The notes under the pieces were generated by a model. It saw nothing but the letters and a program-made list of their open reading frames with translations. It searched no databases and had not been told where the DNA came from. Source: a virus (taxonomy: Duplodnaviria > Caudoviricetes). From it: a DNA stretch of 64,000 nt. This document shows, piece by piece, positions 9,678 through 19,021 of this stretch; within the stretch, counting starts at the first letter, position 1; every line of letters begins with the position of its first letter. The stretch is from positions 360-64,359 of the IMG/VR virus record IMGVR_UViG_3300025168_013778, one strand, 5' to 3'. A program made the position numbers and the translations under genes.

Positions 9678-10227
9678 CTATTATTTTGGATAGATTTTTT
9701 ATGGATTTTATTGTAAAATCACTTTTTATATTCTTATTATACTTATTTTTAAATTTTATTGAAGTCTTATCGCTTGGTTTTTTATTTAATACGGACTCTT
9801 CACTAGTTACAAATATATCAGTTTTATCCCAAGCCTCGTCTGATTTATTTAGTGGGTAAAACTCTATAGAGTCAATTAAAGACCCATGTTTTGCTAAGAA
9901 TACTAGAGTTGCAGGTTTTGATTTTTCTATTTCTTCTGAAACAAGAACAATTTTATATTCATCTCTAAATTTTTTATAAAAGTCATTAAGGTCTATAAAA
10001 GAAGAACCTTCTTCTAATTCATTCGAATAACCGAAAAGCTGAAGTGGACACTCCACATACATAAAATTAATTAGGTCTTCTTGTGTGTCAAACTCCAAAT
10101 GCTTAACTAAATCCAAATCAGGTAGTTCACCCTCAAACTCTTTTTCATTATATTTGTTATTTAAAGATATTAATTTAGTGGTAATATCCCTTAAAACACC
10201 AGTAATACTTATAGAAATTCTTTTCAT
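9664..10227 (-). CDS. 5'(3')-nucleotidase (NT5C)/HAD-fold protein with degenerate active site
   Basis: 'MKRISISITGVLRD' aligns to 'I.IDIDGVL.D' but lacks both Asp; C-terminal 'NKYNKN' typical of NT5C. Confidence 0.5.
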   Translation of the reverse strand: MKRISISITGVLRDITTKLISLNNKYNEKEFEGELPDLDLVKHLEFDTQEDLINFMYVECPLQLFGYSNELEEGSSFIDLNDFYKKFRDEYKIVLVSEEIEKSKPATLVFLAKHGSLIDSIEFYPLNKSDEAWDKTDIFVTSEESVLNKKPSDKTSIKFKNKYNKNIKSDFTIKSIKNLSKIIDENK

Positions 10228-10230
10228 AAT

Positions 10231-10896
10231 TTAATAACCGTTTAATAGTGTTAATAATTCTTCTATAGACTCATGTCTATGACTATCATTAAGTACGCAT
10301 TTAAAAACATAATCTGAATTTGTTAATTTAGACATGTCATGTATCGCTGAATAATTTTTATCTTTCAAATCTATTTGATATGAATCTCCACAAAATATCA
10401 TTTTTGAGTCTTTCCCCAGTCTACCAATTGCCATGGCTAACTGACCTTTCGTTAAGTTTTGAAATTCGTCCACAATTACAATTGCGTTATCAAAAGTTCT
10501 TCCCCTAAAATGGGCCAGTGACACCAACTCAATCTGTTCCGAGTTTTCCATTTTTTCTAATATGTTAGGTTTATTATATACCTTTCTCATATTACTTCTA
10601 ATAGGTACTAACCAAGGTTCCATCTTTTCTCTTTCAGAACCAGGTAAGAACCCATTGTCTTCTGTGGATATAGTTGGTCTTGTAATTATAATACTATTAT
10701 ATTGTTTTTTAAAAAACATGTCTAACGCAACTTGTACTGCTAGTAATGTTTTACCACTTCCTGCTCTACCAACAACAAAATTGTAAGGGTTTTTTAAAAT
10801 TTCTGCCTTAGCTTTTTTTTGTTCCGGCGATAAGGTTATGGAAAATCTAACAGAACCTTTAGGCGGTGTTTTATCTAAATTAGTTTTTGCCATCAT
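10231..10896 (-). CDS. phoH: PhoH family ATPase
   Basis: GRAGSGKT Walker A, 'GFLPG', 'RGRTF', 'DEFQN', 'GDSYQID'. Confidence 0.92.
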   Translation of the reverse strand: MMAKTNLDKTPPKGSVRFSITLSPEQKKAKAEILKNPYNFVVGRAGSGKTLLAVQVALDMFFKKQYNSIIITRPTISTEDNGFLPGSEREKMEPWLVPIRSNMRKVYNKPNILEKMENSEQIELVSLAHFRGRTFDNAIVIVDEFQNLTKGQLAMAIGRLGKDSKMIFCGDSYQIDLKDKNYSAIHDMSKLTNSDYVFKCVLNDSHRHESIEELLTLLNGY

Positions 10897-11696
10897 AATA
10901 TAAAATTTTTCATTTCTTTAATTTGTTCCTCTAATTCAGGAACATTAATAATAGGTTCTAAATCACTCGCTAATGTCCTATCACATTTTTCATAAGTATC
11001 TTTAGCTGTAACTTTAATGTTAAGTTCGTAGTGATTACTTATTATTTCTACTAGTTCCTTTTTTGTAACTGAAGTTGGTGAAAACATATGTCTACACCCA
11101 TCCCAAAATAAATTTTTAGATACTATTTCAGAACAAATTTTTGCAAATTGTAAACATGTAACCCCATTCCAGTGATGGTTAGTATATCCAAATATGTGAT
11201 TACCCTTTTCTGATTTCACCCATTCTACTAAAGACCTAGAAGTTCTTAATTCTTCACCTATAATAGATGTTCTAATTAAAGTACAGTTCTTAGGTTCACC
11301 AAGAGACTTGGTTCTACCATAAATGTCGGTAACATCGTGTTCATCTTTTTCAGTATAACCACCTTTATTACCTATAAAAACACAGTCGGTAGTTGGGTGT
11401 ATCATTCTTACACCATATTGTTTACAACTATCAGCTAATTTATGTGGAAATAAAGAATTTACAATTAAAGCATTTTGAACACCTAATTCATCTACTCTAG
11501 GTTTTATAGTTCCCATACAATTTATTACAACATCACCTTCTGAGACCCCACCAAAAAATCGTGAAAAGGATAGTCCACACATATCAGAAGCGTCTAATTG
11601 ACTTCTACCTACATTAATAACATTATAGTAATTAGATAGGTATTTCGAAACATACCTACCTAACATTCCTGAAGAACCTAGAACAAATATTTTCAT
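10893..11696 (-). CDS. RmlD-family NDP-4-keto-6-deoxyhexose reductase
   Basis: GSSGMLG, 'TTDCVF', YGRTK; likely start MKIFVLG at 11696 rather than 11741. Confidence 0.85.
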   Translation of the reverse strand: MKIFVLGSSGMLGRYVSKYLSNYYNVINVGRSQLDASDMCGLSFSRFFGGVSEGDVVINCMGTIKPRVDELGVQNALIVNSLFPHKLADSCKQYGVRMIHPTTDCVFIGNKGGYTEKDEHDVTDIYGRTKSLGEPKNCTLIRTSIIGEELRTSRSLVEWVKSEKGNHIFGYTNHHWNGVTCLQFAKICSEIVSKNLFWDGCRHMFSPTSVTKKELVEIISNHYELNIKVTAKDTYEKCDRTLASDLEPIINVPELEEQIKEMKNFIL

Positions 11697-11697
11697 T

Positions 11698-12117
11698 TTA
11701 TCTATATTCTTCATCCCAAATATTCCACTTATCATACTCAAATCTTATATCATCATCCATACTTTCTTCAAGAGTGGATGTAGAATAGAAAATAATTTTA
11801 GTGTTCTCCTCAAGATTTTTAAATCCATTAGCGTGACCAGGTGGAATCCATAGAATTTTAGGTGTTTTGGAACTTAACACAAATTTTTCTATTTTTTGGG
11901 TATCTAAATTTACCACACCAATCAATGCACTACCTTGAGACACGTAAACATATTTTCCTTCATGTTTATGTCCATGCCATGCTCTAATAAAATCACGTCT
12001 GTGATTCTCAACTTGGTAGAATCTTTTAACCCCACCAAAGTCAAATTCATTTACGAAGGACACAGAACCTCTATCATCAACTACTGTACCACCGCCTATT
12101 ACTTTTGCTTCTTTCAT
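11698..12117 (-). CDS. cupin NDP-sugar epimerase/isomerase (RmlC/FdtA-like)
   Basis: 'DDRG', 'RAWHGH', 'IPPGHANGF'. Confidence 0.85.
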   Translation of the reverse strand: MKEAKVIGGGTVVDDRGSVSFVNEFDFGGVKRFYQVENHRRDFIRAWHGHKHEGKYVYVSQGSALIGVVNLDTQKIEKFVLSSKTPKILWIPPGHANGFKNLEENTKIIFYSTSTLEESMDDDIRFEYDKWNIWDEEYR

Positions 12118-13080
12118 TTAAAAAGTTTTTATTTTTCTTAATTCAGTTAGATAACCACCATTATGATAAACTAAATCTTCAGGGTCTTTTATTCTAGACT
12201 CCTCAAACATTTTAACCATTCTTTCTACCTCATGTTCTACAGTTATTGTAGGTTGGTAGGTGAAAGTACTTAGTGATTTACTATTATCTACTTTATAGTT
12301 TCTAGCATCTTGAAAAGAGATTTGGGTATACTTTATTTCCGTATTAGGAATTAATGCTGCTACTCTTTCCCCTAGTTCTTTTATAATAACATTTTCTTTT
12401 GATAAAACATAGATTCCATCGTATTCTTTTTCACACGCTTCAGTTATGTATTCCGCAATATCAATAACTGAAATAATTGGTCTCCACTGTTCTCCCCCAT
12501 TAATGTTTATTTTACCATATTTTAATGCTTTCATAGTTAACACATTAACCACTAAATCCATTCTTAATCTACTGTACGTATCACCCAAACCGAATACTGT
12601 ACCCAATCTAAAAATCGTCCCTCCTCTTTTGGTTACATATTCTTCAGATTTAAGTTTTGTACTAGCGTAAGAAGATAATGGGTTAGTTTCACTATTCTCA
12701 TCTAACATACCATCTTGAGCTCCATAAACTGAACATGTTGACATGAAGACAACGTGTTTATCAACCGGAATACTTTCACAAGCATTTTTAATTGATTTGT
12801 AGTTTATGTCTTCGGTTAATTCTTGGTCTACACTACATGCCGGGTCACCAACTAAAGCGGCCATTAAAACAATAACGTCAAAATCCTCAGAAGCTTTTGC
12901 TAATTTTTTATGGTCTCTTATATCACCATGTATAAATTTAACACCTTTAAGGTATCTATTTTCATATAGTAGGTTGTCATATATAGTAACATCATGACCA
13001 TTTCTAATTAATGTGTCACTAGTTAATCCACCTATATATCCTGCTCCACCTACAACTAATACTTTTTTATTCATTTCCAT
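12118..13080 (-). CDS. NAD-dependent epimerase/dehydratase (extended SDR)
   Basis: GGAGYIG, 'STCSVYG', YASTK. Confidence 0.9.
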   Translation of the reverse strand: MEMNKKVLVVGGAGYIGGLTSDTLIRNGHDVTIYDNLLYENRYLKGVKFIHGDIRDHKKLAKASEDFDVIVLMAALVGDPACSVDQELTEDINYKSIKNACESIPVDKHVVFMSTCSVYGAQDGMLDENSETNPLSSYASTKLKSEEYVTKRGGTIFRLGTVFGLGDTYSRLRMDLVVNVLTMKALKYGKININGGEQWRPIISVIDIAEYITEACEKEYDGIYVLSKENVIIKELGERVAALIPNTEIKYTQISFQDARNYKVDNSKSLSTFTYQPTITVEHEVERMVKMFEESRIKDPEDLVYHNGGYLTELRKIKTF

Positions 13081-13417
13081 ATTTTTTTACTTCGGGATTA
13101 AATCCAGCATTTAAATCCCCACTTTTATATCTTGTAAACATAGAGATTACTTTTTCATCTATGCATTTTTTTAATCTAGCTCTTTCTCTAACTAACTTTA
13201 CGTCCTCTACTGATGCCCAAGATTTAAACTCTTCATCGGTAGGACGTAACATTACCTCATCTTTTAATTTATATAACTTAAAATTAACAATAGACAACCT
13301 ATCAACTAACTCACCCATAGACATTAATTCCTCAAAAGGATTACCTAAGGTGTAACTTTGGTCGTAGTTGTCTATAGACGTTAAAATAGTATTTTCTATA
13401 TTATCACTTATTTTCAT
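13067..13417 (-). CDS. DUF4254-like small helical protein
   Basis: 'SMGELVDRLSIVNFKLYKLKD'; paralog of 14372..14728. Confidence 0.55.
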   Translation of the reverse strand: MKISDNIENTILTSIDNYDQSYTLGNPFEELMSMGELVDRLSIVNFKLYKLKDEVMLRPTDEEFKSWASVEDVKLVRERARLKKCIDEKVISMFTRYKSGDLNAGFNPEVKKYGNE

Positions 13418-14385
13418 AACTTATCACTAATTTTTTTATAATACTCTACAGTATTTTTTATTCCTTCTCTTAGGTCAGTTTTTGTAGACCAACCGAGATG
13501 GTTTATTTTTGTGACATCTAAACATTTTCTTTCCATACCCATAGGTTTAGAAAGGTCACATTCTATTTTACCTTTAAACCCACACACATCTTTAATGATA
13601 TTAGATAATGTTAAAATGTCCACATCAATTCCAGACCCAACGTTTAAAAACTTTTCAGTATAGTCTAGATTGGACATAGACCAAACCATAGAATCTACCA
13701 AATCATCAACATATAAAAATTCTCTTCTAGTATTTCCATTACCCCACAATTCTACTTTACTTGAATTTAGTTCTGTTGCGTCTACAAATTTTCTAACTAA
13801 AGCGGCCATTACATGTGAGTTATGTAAATCAAAATCATCTTCTGGACCATAGAGATTACAAGGTATTAAGGATATAAATCTGGTTAGATGTAAATCTTTA
13901 TTGTGTTGTTTACCATATAATTTATTAGCATATTCACATAATTTTAAACCAGCAATTTTAGCTAAAGAGTAACCTTCGTTTGTTGGTTCTACTGGGGATT
14001 CTAACATACACTCTTCTTTAAATGGTTGTTGAGCATTTTTTGGGTAGATACAATTTGACCCTATAAATAAAACTTTTTTAACTTTTGTTTTAATTGAAGC
14101 TTCTATTAAGCTATTTTGTATTTCTAAGTTGTCCATTAGGTGACCGTAAGGGTCATCTAAATTAGCCTGAAGACCACCACACTTAGCGGCACAAATAAAT
14201 AGAAAATCAAAACTATATTTTTTAAATAGGTTTAAAGTGTCAGCTTGACTTCTAAGGTCTAATTCATCTCTATTAAAGATATGTACATTAGTGTAACCAT
14301 CAGTTACTAATTTCTTGTATAATCTACCACCCAAAAAACCACTATGCCCAGCGACGTATATCTTTGAATCTTTATTTAACTTCAT
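13414..14385 (-). CDS. fcl: GDP-L-fucose synthase / ColC-like epimerase-reductase
   Basis: GHSGFLG, 'AAKCGG', 'GSNCIYPK', YSLAK, 'NLYGPEDDF', 'REFLYVDD'. Confidence 0.88.
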   Translation of the reverse strand: MKLNKDSKIYVAGHSGFLGGRLYKKLVTDGYTNVHIFNRDELDLRSQADTLNLFKKYSFDFLFICAAKCGGLQANLDDPYGHLMDNLEIQNSLIEASIKTKVKKVLFIGSNCIYPKNAQQPFKEECMLESPVEPTNEGYSLAKIAGLKLCEYANKLYGKQHNKDLHLTRFISLIPCNLYGPEDDFDLHNSHVMAALVRKFVDATELNSSKVELWGNGNTRREFLYVDDLVDSMVWSMSNLDYTEKFLNVGSGIDVDILTLSNIIKDVCGFKGKIECDLSKPMGMERKCLDVTKINHLGWSTKTDLREGIKNTVEYYKKISDKL

Positions 14386-14728
14386 TTTCTTCTTTGTATC
14401 CTTTATATAATTTAGGATTTTCTACTGTTGGGTTAAACTTACCATTACATAAATTTACTATCATTTTATCTAATGATTTTACTAACATAGGACGTTTTTC
14501 TTTAAAAGTAATATCTGCCTTTCTTTTTAATTCTGCTATCTTATGTGGGTCTGTTTCTGCATTGGTCGCATCTTCTAAGTACCATAATCTAATGTGTACT
14601 ATAGTTAATTTGTCTATTAATTCGGAAAAAGTATCACTATGAATATTATCATATTCTGGAAATTTATCGTTGTCCAAAACTGATTTTACTTTTTGTTGGA
14701 TGTATTTGTCTAGTTCTGTTCCTATCAT
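14372..14728 (-). CDS. DUF4254-like small helical protein
   Basis: 'SELIDKLTIVHIRLWYLED...R..LV..LD'; both paralogs end in a similar 'K.Y' motif. Confidence 0.6.
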   Translation of the reverse strand: MIGTELDKYIQQKVKSVLDNDKFPEYDNIHSDTFSELIDKLTIVHIRLWYLEDATNAETDPHKIAELKRKADITFKEKRPMLVKSLDKMIVNLCNGKFNPTVENPKLYKGYKEENEVK

Positions 14729-14762
14729 ATCTTTTTTTTTAATAATACCTAATTTTTATTAG

Positions 14763-15539
14763 TTAGTAAATGTACTTTTTGGTGTATAGTGGATGTGGGT
14801 CTTTTTCTTTTAACATTCTTTTTGCTTGATTAATGTGGTTGGGTGGGTGTACACCTTCGGACCAACCATTCCATTGTGACATCCATTTTTCTTTAAAATA
14901 ATTTTCATTAAAGGGGTCGTTCATAGGTAATCTATCTGGTAGGTCCATTTTTTGTCTTTCTTTTACGTCAATGTCCTGATGTGACTTAGTGGATTCATCG
15001 TCAGAAGCGTTATGACTATATAAAACTTCCTGTGGGTAAAGTACTCTCATTTTTATACCATGTTCGGAACCACGCACCATAAAATCTGTATCGAAATGTG
15101 GACCTATTTTAAAACCTTCATCAAACCAACCCATTTTCGGAATCACATTTTTATCTAACGCAAAAACCGAATGATTTTCTAACATAACATACTCCATTCC
15201 CTCACCAATGTTATTATAAAGTTCACTAAACCAACCCTCCTTTAAAAACTCTATGTCTGAACTAGCAAAAATCACATATCGTGTAGATGCTAACATCATA
15301 CCTAAATTCCAAGCTTCAGCTAAACTACTCCTATAGGAAGATTCACATACTCTAATTTTTCTTCCTTTTAAGGTATTTAAAAAGGTCCTAAGAGACTTAA
15401 TAGTGTCTTCTGATGAATCTGCATCTACTAAACAAAAGTTAACCCATTTAGGACATGTTTGGTGAGCAGTTAGTATTGAACGTTCTAAAAGCTCATATCT
15501 ATTTCTAAAGGACCATATAAGTGTGAAATCATTAATCAT
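14763..15539 (-). CDS. glycosyltransferase, GT2-like
   Basis: 'LVDADS', 'LAEAWNLG', 'GWFDEGF...DTDF'. Confidence 0.78.
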   Translation of the reverse strand: MINDFTLIWSFRNRYELLERSILTAHQTCPKWVNFCLVDADSSEDTIKSLRTFLNTLKGRKIRVCESSYRSSLAEAWNLGMMLASTRYVIFASSDIEFLKEGWFSELYNNIGEGMEYVMLENHSVFALDKNVIPKMGWFDEGFKIGPHFDTDFMVRGSEHGIKMRVLYPQEVLYSHNASDDESTKSHQDIDVKERQKMDLPDRLPMNDPFNENYFKEKWMSQWNGWSEGVHPPNHINQAKRMLKEKDPHPLYTKKYIY

Positions 15540-15540
15540 T

Positions 15541-16554
15541 TTATGCGTGTACTTTTTTTACCATGTAATTTACAACCTCTATTACAGATTCCTCCAAACC
15601 AACCTCAGCTTCAAAACCTAAAACTTCTTTTGCTTTATCGGTATTTGGTACTCTTTTTTGTACGTCGTATTTGTAACCAGTTTCACAGGTATAATTAAAT
15701 TTAGTATCTGGTTTTAAAATTTTCCAAATTACCTCAGCTAACTCTAAAACGCTAGTAGCTTGTGATGTTGATATGTTAAAATCGTTATTTATAGCTTTTT
15801 CCGATTCCATGGCCATTCTAATTCCTCTAGCCAAGTCTTTACCATTAGTATAACATCTAACTTGGTCACCACAACCTAAAACGTGTAAAGGGTCTTGACC
15901 TTTTAGTATTTTATTGATTAAATCTGGTAATACATGTGACATCATAAGTTTTATATTTCCACTTGTTACAGCATGTTCCGTAATAGAATCTTCTTCACCG
16001 ACCCCAACACAATTAAAAGGTCGTATTATGGTGTAAGGTAAGTCGTACTGTTCATTAGCTCCTTTAGCGAAATATTCTACTGCTAATTTTTGGAATCCAT
16101 AAGTTGACGATGGTGGTGGGCACTTAGTTACCTCATCTTCAGGTGTTGGGTAAACTGTGGTTTCTTCAAATACCATAGAACTTGAAAGTACAACTATTCT
16201 CTCTAACCAACCTTCTTGATAACCTTTAATTGCTGCGTCAAATGTTTGAGCCAAAATTCTTTCGTTGGTGGCTAATAAATCATAAGCGAATTTATGGAAG
16301 TAAGAAATCCCACCAATCATAGCTGCTCCAGCAATAATTTGATTTGGTTTTTCTTCATCTACAACAGAATTAAATTTATCACTTAAAACGTCTACTTCAT
16401 ATAGTTTAAAGTTCTTATGGGTGTCATGTGGTCTTACCACTCGTCCATATTTAGAGTAATTATCGACACCAACAACTTGGTGTCCCTCTTTCAATAATTC
16501 GTTACATATGTAACTACCAATAAATCCTTGGCTTCCAGTTAATAAAATTTTCAT
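15541..16554 (-). CDS. NAD-dependent epimerase/dehydratase (UDP-hexose or UDP-glucuronate-acting SDR)
   Basis: GSQGFIG, 'SSSMVFE', YGFQK, 'RPFN'; next to the UDP-sugar dehydrogenase. Confidence 0.88.
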   Translation of the reverse strand: MKILLTGSQGFIGSYICNELLKEGHQVVGVDNYSKYGRVVRPHDTHKNFKLYEVDVLSDKFNSVVDEEKPNQIIAGAAMIGGISYFHKFAYDLLATNERILAQTFDAAIKGYQEGWLERIVVLSSSMVFEETTVYPTPEDEVTKCPPPSSTYGFQKLAVEYFAKGANEQYDLPYTIIRPFNCVGVGEEDSITEHAVTSGNIKLMMSHVLPDLINKILKGQDPLHVLGCGDQVRCYTNGKDLARGIRMAMESEKAINNDFNISTSQATSVLELAEVIWKILKPDTKFNYTCETGYKYDVQKRVPNTDKAKEVLGFEAEVGLEESVIEVVNYMVKKVHA

Positions 16555-16558
16555 AGTT

Positions 16559-17350
16559 TTAAAGTCTCATGCCGTCAAAAACGGTCTTTTTAAATTTATT
16601 ATTTTCACTTTCCATAGTTTCAAAAAGTTTTAAGTCTAGTCCTAGTTCTTTAACAAAAGAATCTAAGGCTTTTGTGTCTTTAGGTAAACACATACCAGCA
16701 TACCCTCTAAAGTTATCGTTAACATCTAGATATAGGTCTTTAGTAGTACCTCTTTTAATAAAAGTTTCTTTTACCTTGGTGTAGTCAGCTCCCACAGTTT
16801 TACAAATTTCATACATTTCATTTGCAAAAACCACTTTTAGTGCATTAATCACGTTTGAATAGTATTTTAGGAGTTCTGCTTCTGTTGGTGTTAAGTGTGA
16901 ATGGCTTTTAGGGTAACTACCATGACATAACTTTACCATTTCATAGGTTGTTTGTGAATGGGACCCTATAGCTAGTAAGTCATGGTTTTCAGTAAAGTCT
17001 GAAATGGAACATCTTTCCCTTAAGAATTCAGGTACAAAACAAATTTCCATACCAGTTTCTTTTATTAATTTTTCTGTGGTCGTAGGTTTAACCGTAGATT
17101 TAATCGCTACAATTCCCGAATAACCTAAAGTATGTAACTCATGAACCACACTTTCAACAATAGAGGTGTTACAAGACCCATCTTCATCTGAAGGGGTAGG
17201 TACACAAATGTAAGTAATCTGTGTATCTAAAACATCCTCAATGTTAGTATCTAATGCTATGTCATGACAAATTACTTTATGTCCTAATTTTTCAAAACCA
17301 TACTTACACGCTCCACCTATAATTCCTACACCTATAATTCCTATTTTCAT
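16559..17350 (-). CDS. UDP-glucose/GDP-mannose dehydrogenase family, short form
   Basis: GVGIIG, 'ICVPTP', 'IKSTV', 'PEFLRE', 'GYAGMCLPKD' with catalytic Cys; lacks the C-terminal domain. Confidence 0.85.
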   Translation of the reverse strand: MKIGIIGVGIIGGACKYGFEKLGHKVICHDIALDTNIEDVLDTQITYICVPTPSDEDGSCNTSIVESVVHELHTLGYSGIVAIKSTVKPTTTEKLIKETGMEICFVPEFLRERCSISDFTENHDLLAIGSHSQTTYEMVKLCHGSYPKSHSHLTPTEAELLKYYSNVINALKVVFANEMYEICKTVGADYTKVKETFIKRGTTKDLYLDVNDNFRGYAGMCLPKDTKALDSFVKELGLDLKLFETMESENNKFKKTVFDGMRL

Positions 17351-17426
17351 TTCTTAATTTATTTATTTTTTATTCTTATCACTTTATAGTAACTTATACT
17401 AACTTTATGATACGAAAATGTTTATG

Positions 17427-18245
17427 TTATTTAAATACTACTTTAACAAATTCTGATTCACCCCATACACCAGCTCCCATCATAACTTGTCCAGCCGCCA
17501 TTTCTGGTATTCCATGTTTCGCAAGTAAATCCCTATAAGTTTTCATAATACGTTCTTCAGTTGACTGTGTGCCTTCTGAAATTTTAATATCCGCTGGTAT
17601 AGGTTTGTTAAACTCAGGAACTAATTCCACGGTCCCGTAATTAGACAAAAACTCCAACCACCATTCAGTAGATTTAACATTATGGTGGTTAGTAGTATGT
17701 CCCATAGTTGAGTCTACTCCACCAGTATGGATAGAACATATGTGTTCTTTAGAGATGTAGGAAACATTATCGTAAAAAGTTTTAATGTCTTTTTCGTGTA
17801 TGTGTTCTGTAATCTCAAAAGCAGTAGACACATCAAAGTATTTTTTTAAATCTAACGCTCTAAAATCAAATTTAGTTATGTCACAAACAACATAATTTTC
17901 CATAGAAATGTCTAACCCGTTTTTCTTATCTACACCATATCTACACCCGTCTAACCCATAACTTTCATATCCTTCATTTTGTAAAAGTTTAACCAAAACT
18001 CCTCTACTAGCACCAATGTCAATATGTTTTTTTCCACTATAATTTAATTTATTTAACAACCCTATTGTGTGTCTAGCTTTACCTGGATTAGACATGGAGT
18101 GCATTCCATTAAAATTATGTTTCGCGTACTGGTCTAAAGAATCTTCAGTTTCTATAGTACTAATCACATGACCAAAAAAGTACTTAAACGGATTTATTTT
18201 ACCATTAAACTTTAAATCAAACTTATCTTCTAAAATCTCCTTCAT
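17427..18245 (-). CDS. class I SAM-dependent methyltransferase
   Basis: 'HIDIGASRG', 'GLDG', 'FEITEHI'. Confidence 0.8.
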   Translation of the reverse strand: MKEILEDKFDLKFNGKINPFKYFFGHVISTIETEDSLDQYAKHNFNGMHSMSNPGKARHTIGLLNKLNYSGKKHIDIGASRGVLVKLLQNEGYESYGLDGCRYGVDKKNGLDISMENYVVCDITKFDFRALDLKKYFDVSTAFEITEHIHEKDIKTFYDNVSYISKEHICSIHTGGVDSTMGHTTNHHNVKSTEWWLEFLSNYGTVELVPEFNKPIPADIKISEGTQSTEERIMKTYRDLLAKHGIPEMAAGQVMMGAGVWGESEFVKVVFK

Positions 18246-18247
18246 AT

Positions 18248-19021
18248 CTAATAATAATGATTTCCACCTAAAGGACTATTTCCTTGGTCCGGGTCTAAGT
18301 TAGTTAATAATCTACAATGGCTATTTACTTTGGCACCATCTTCTAACAGTGTGTGTAAAGCATTTTTCTTTGCGACAGAAGCTTTAAAATATTTTTTATC
18401 ATATTGACTCATTAAATAGGACATCGTTAATCCTTGCTCAATTTGCATATTTCTTCCTTTAGTCTTATTATGGCAATCTTTAAACAAGTCTGTTTTTACA
18501 AATAGACCAGGGAACTCAAAGAACCAAGGATTTTTAAATTCTTCCATTCTACGAAAAATTCTATACTCTTCATTTACAAGAATTGTGTTTTCTTCCATAT
18601 GCTTTAAATCTCCTATATTACCAGACGCTGCATCATATTGTGTACCACCTAATGTCATAGATAACATCCCACACTCTCTTCCGTTTATTCTGTTTTCAAA
18701 TACATTTTTTACATCTTCATATTTAGGCATTTTTGCCATTACATCGTCTTCGTTATAAAACATTAATTCGGTGTCTATAAGTTTGAATGCTCGGTCCATG
18801 CTTAATATTCTACTTTTATGTGAATCAATTAATACATCCCATCCCTTATCTTCAAAGTACTTAATTAAATCTTCTTGTACTTTATGATTATTAATTTCGT
18901 CAATAGATACTATTTTTTTCTTAAATGGGAACTCCTGGGAATCTAGATAATCTATAGTGTTTTTTAACCACAAAAGTCTTTGTGGTGGAGAAATACCCAT
19001 TATGTATGCTGTAACATCCAT
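18248..19021 (-). CDS. putative glycosyltransferase (GT-A-like)
   Basis: 'FYNEDD' DxD-type motif and cluster context. Confidence 0.55.
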   Translation of the reverse strand: MDVTAYIMGISPPQRLLWLKNTIDYLDSQEFPFKKKIVSIDEINNHKVQEDLIKYFEDKGWDVLIDSHKSRILSMDRAFKLIDTELMFYNEDDVMAKMPKYEDVKNVFENRINGRECGMLSMTLGGTQYDAASGNIGDLKHMEENTILVNEEYRIFRRMEEFKNPWFFEFPGLFVKTDLFKDCHNKTKGRNMQIEQGLTMSYLMSQYDKKYFKASVAKKNALHTLLEDGAKVNSHCRLLTNLDPDQGNSPLGGNHYY

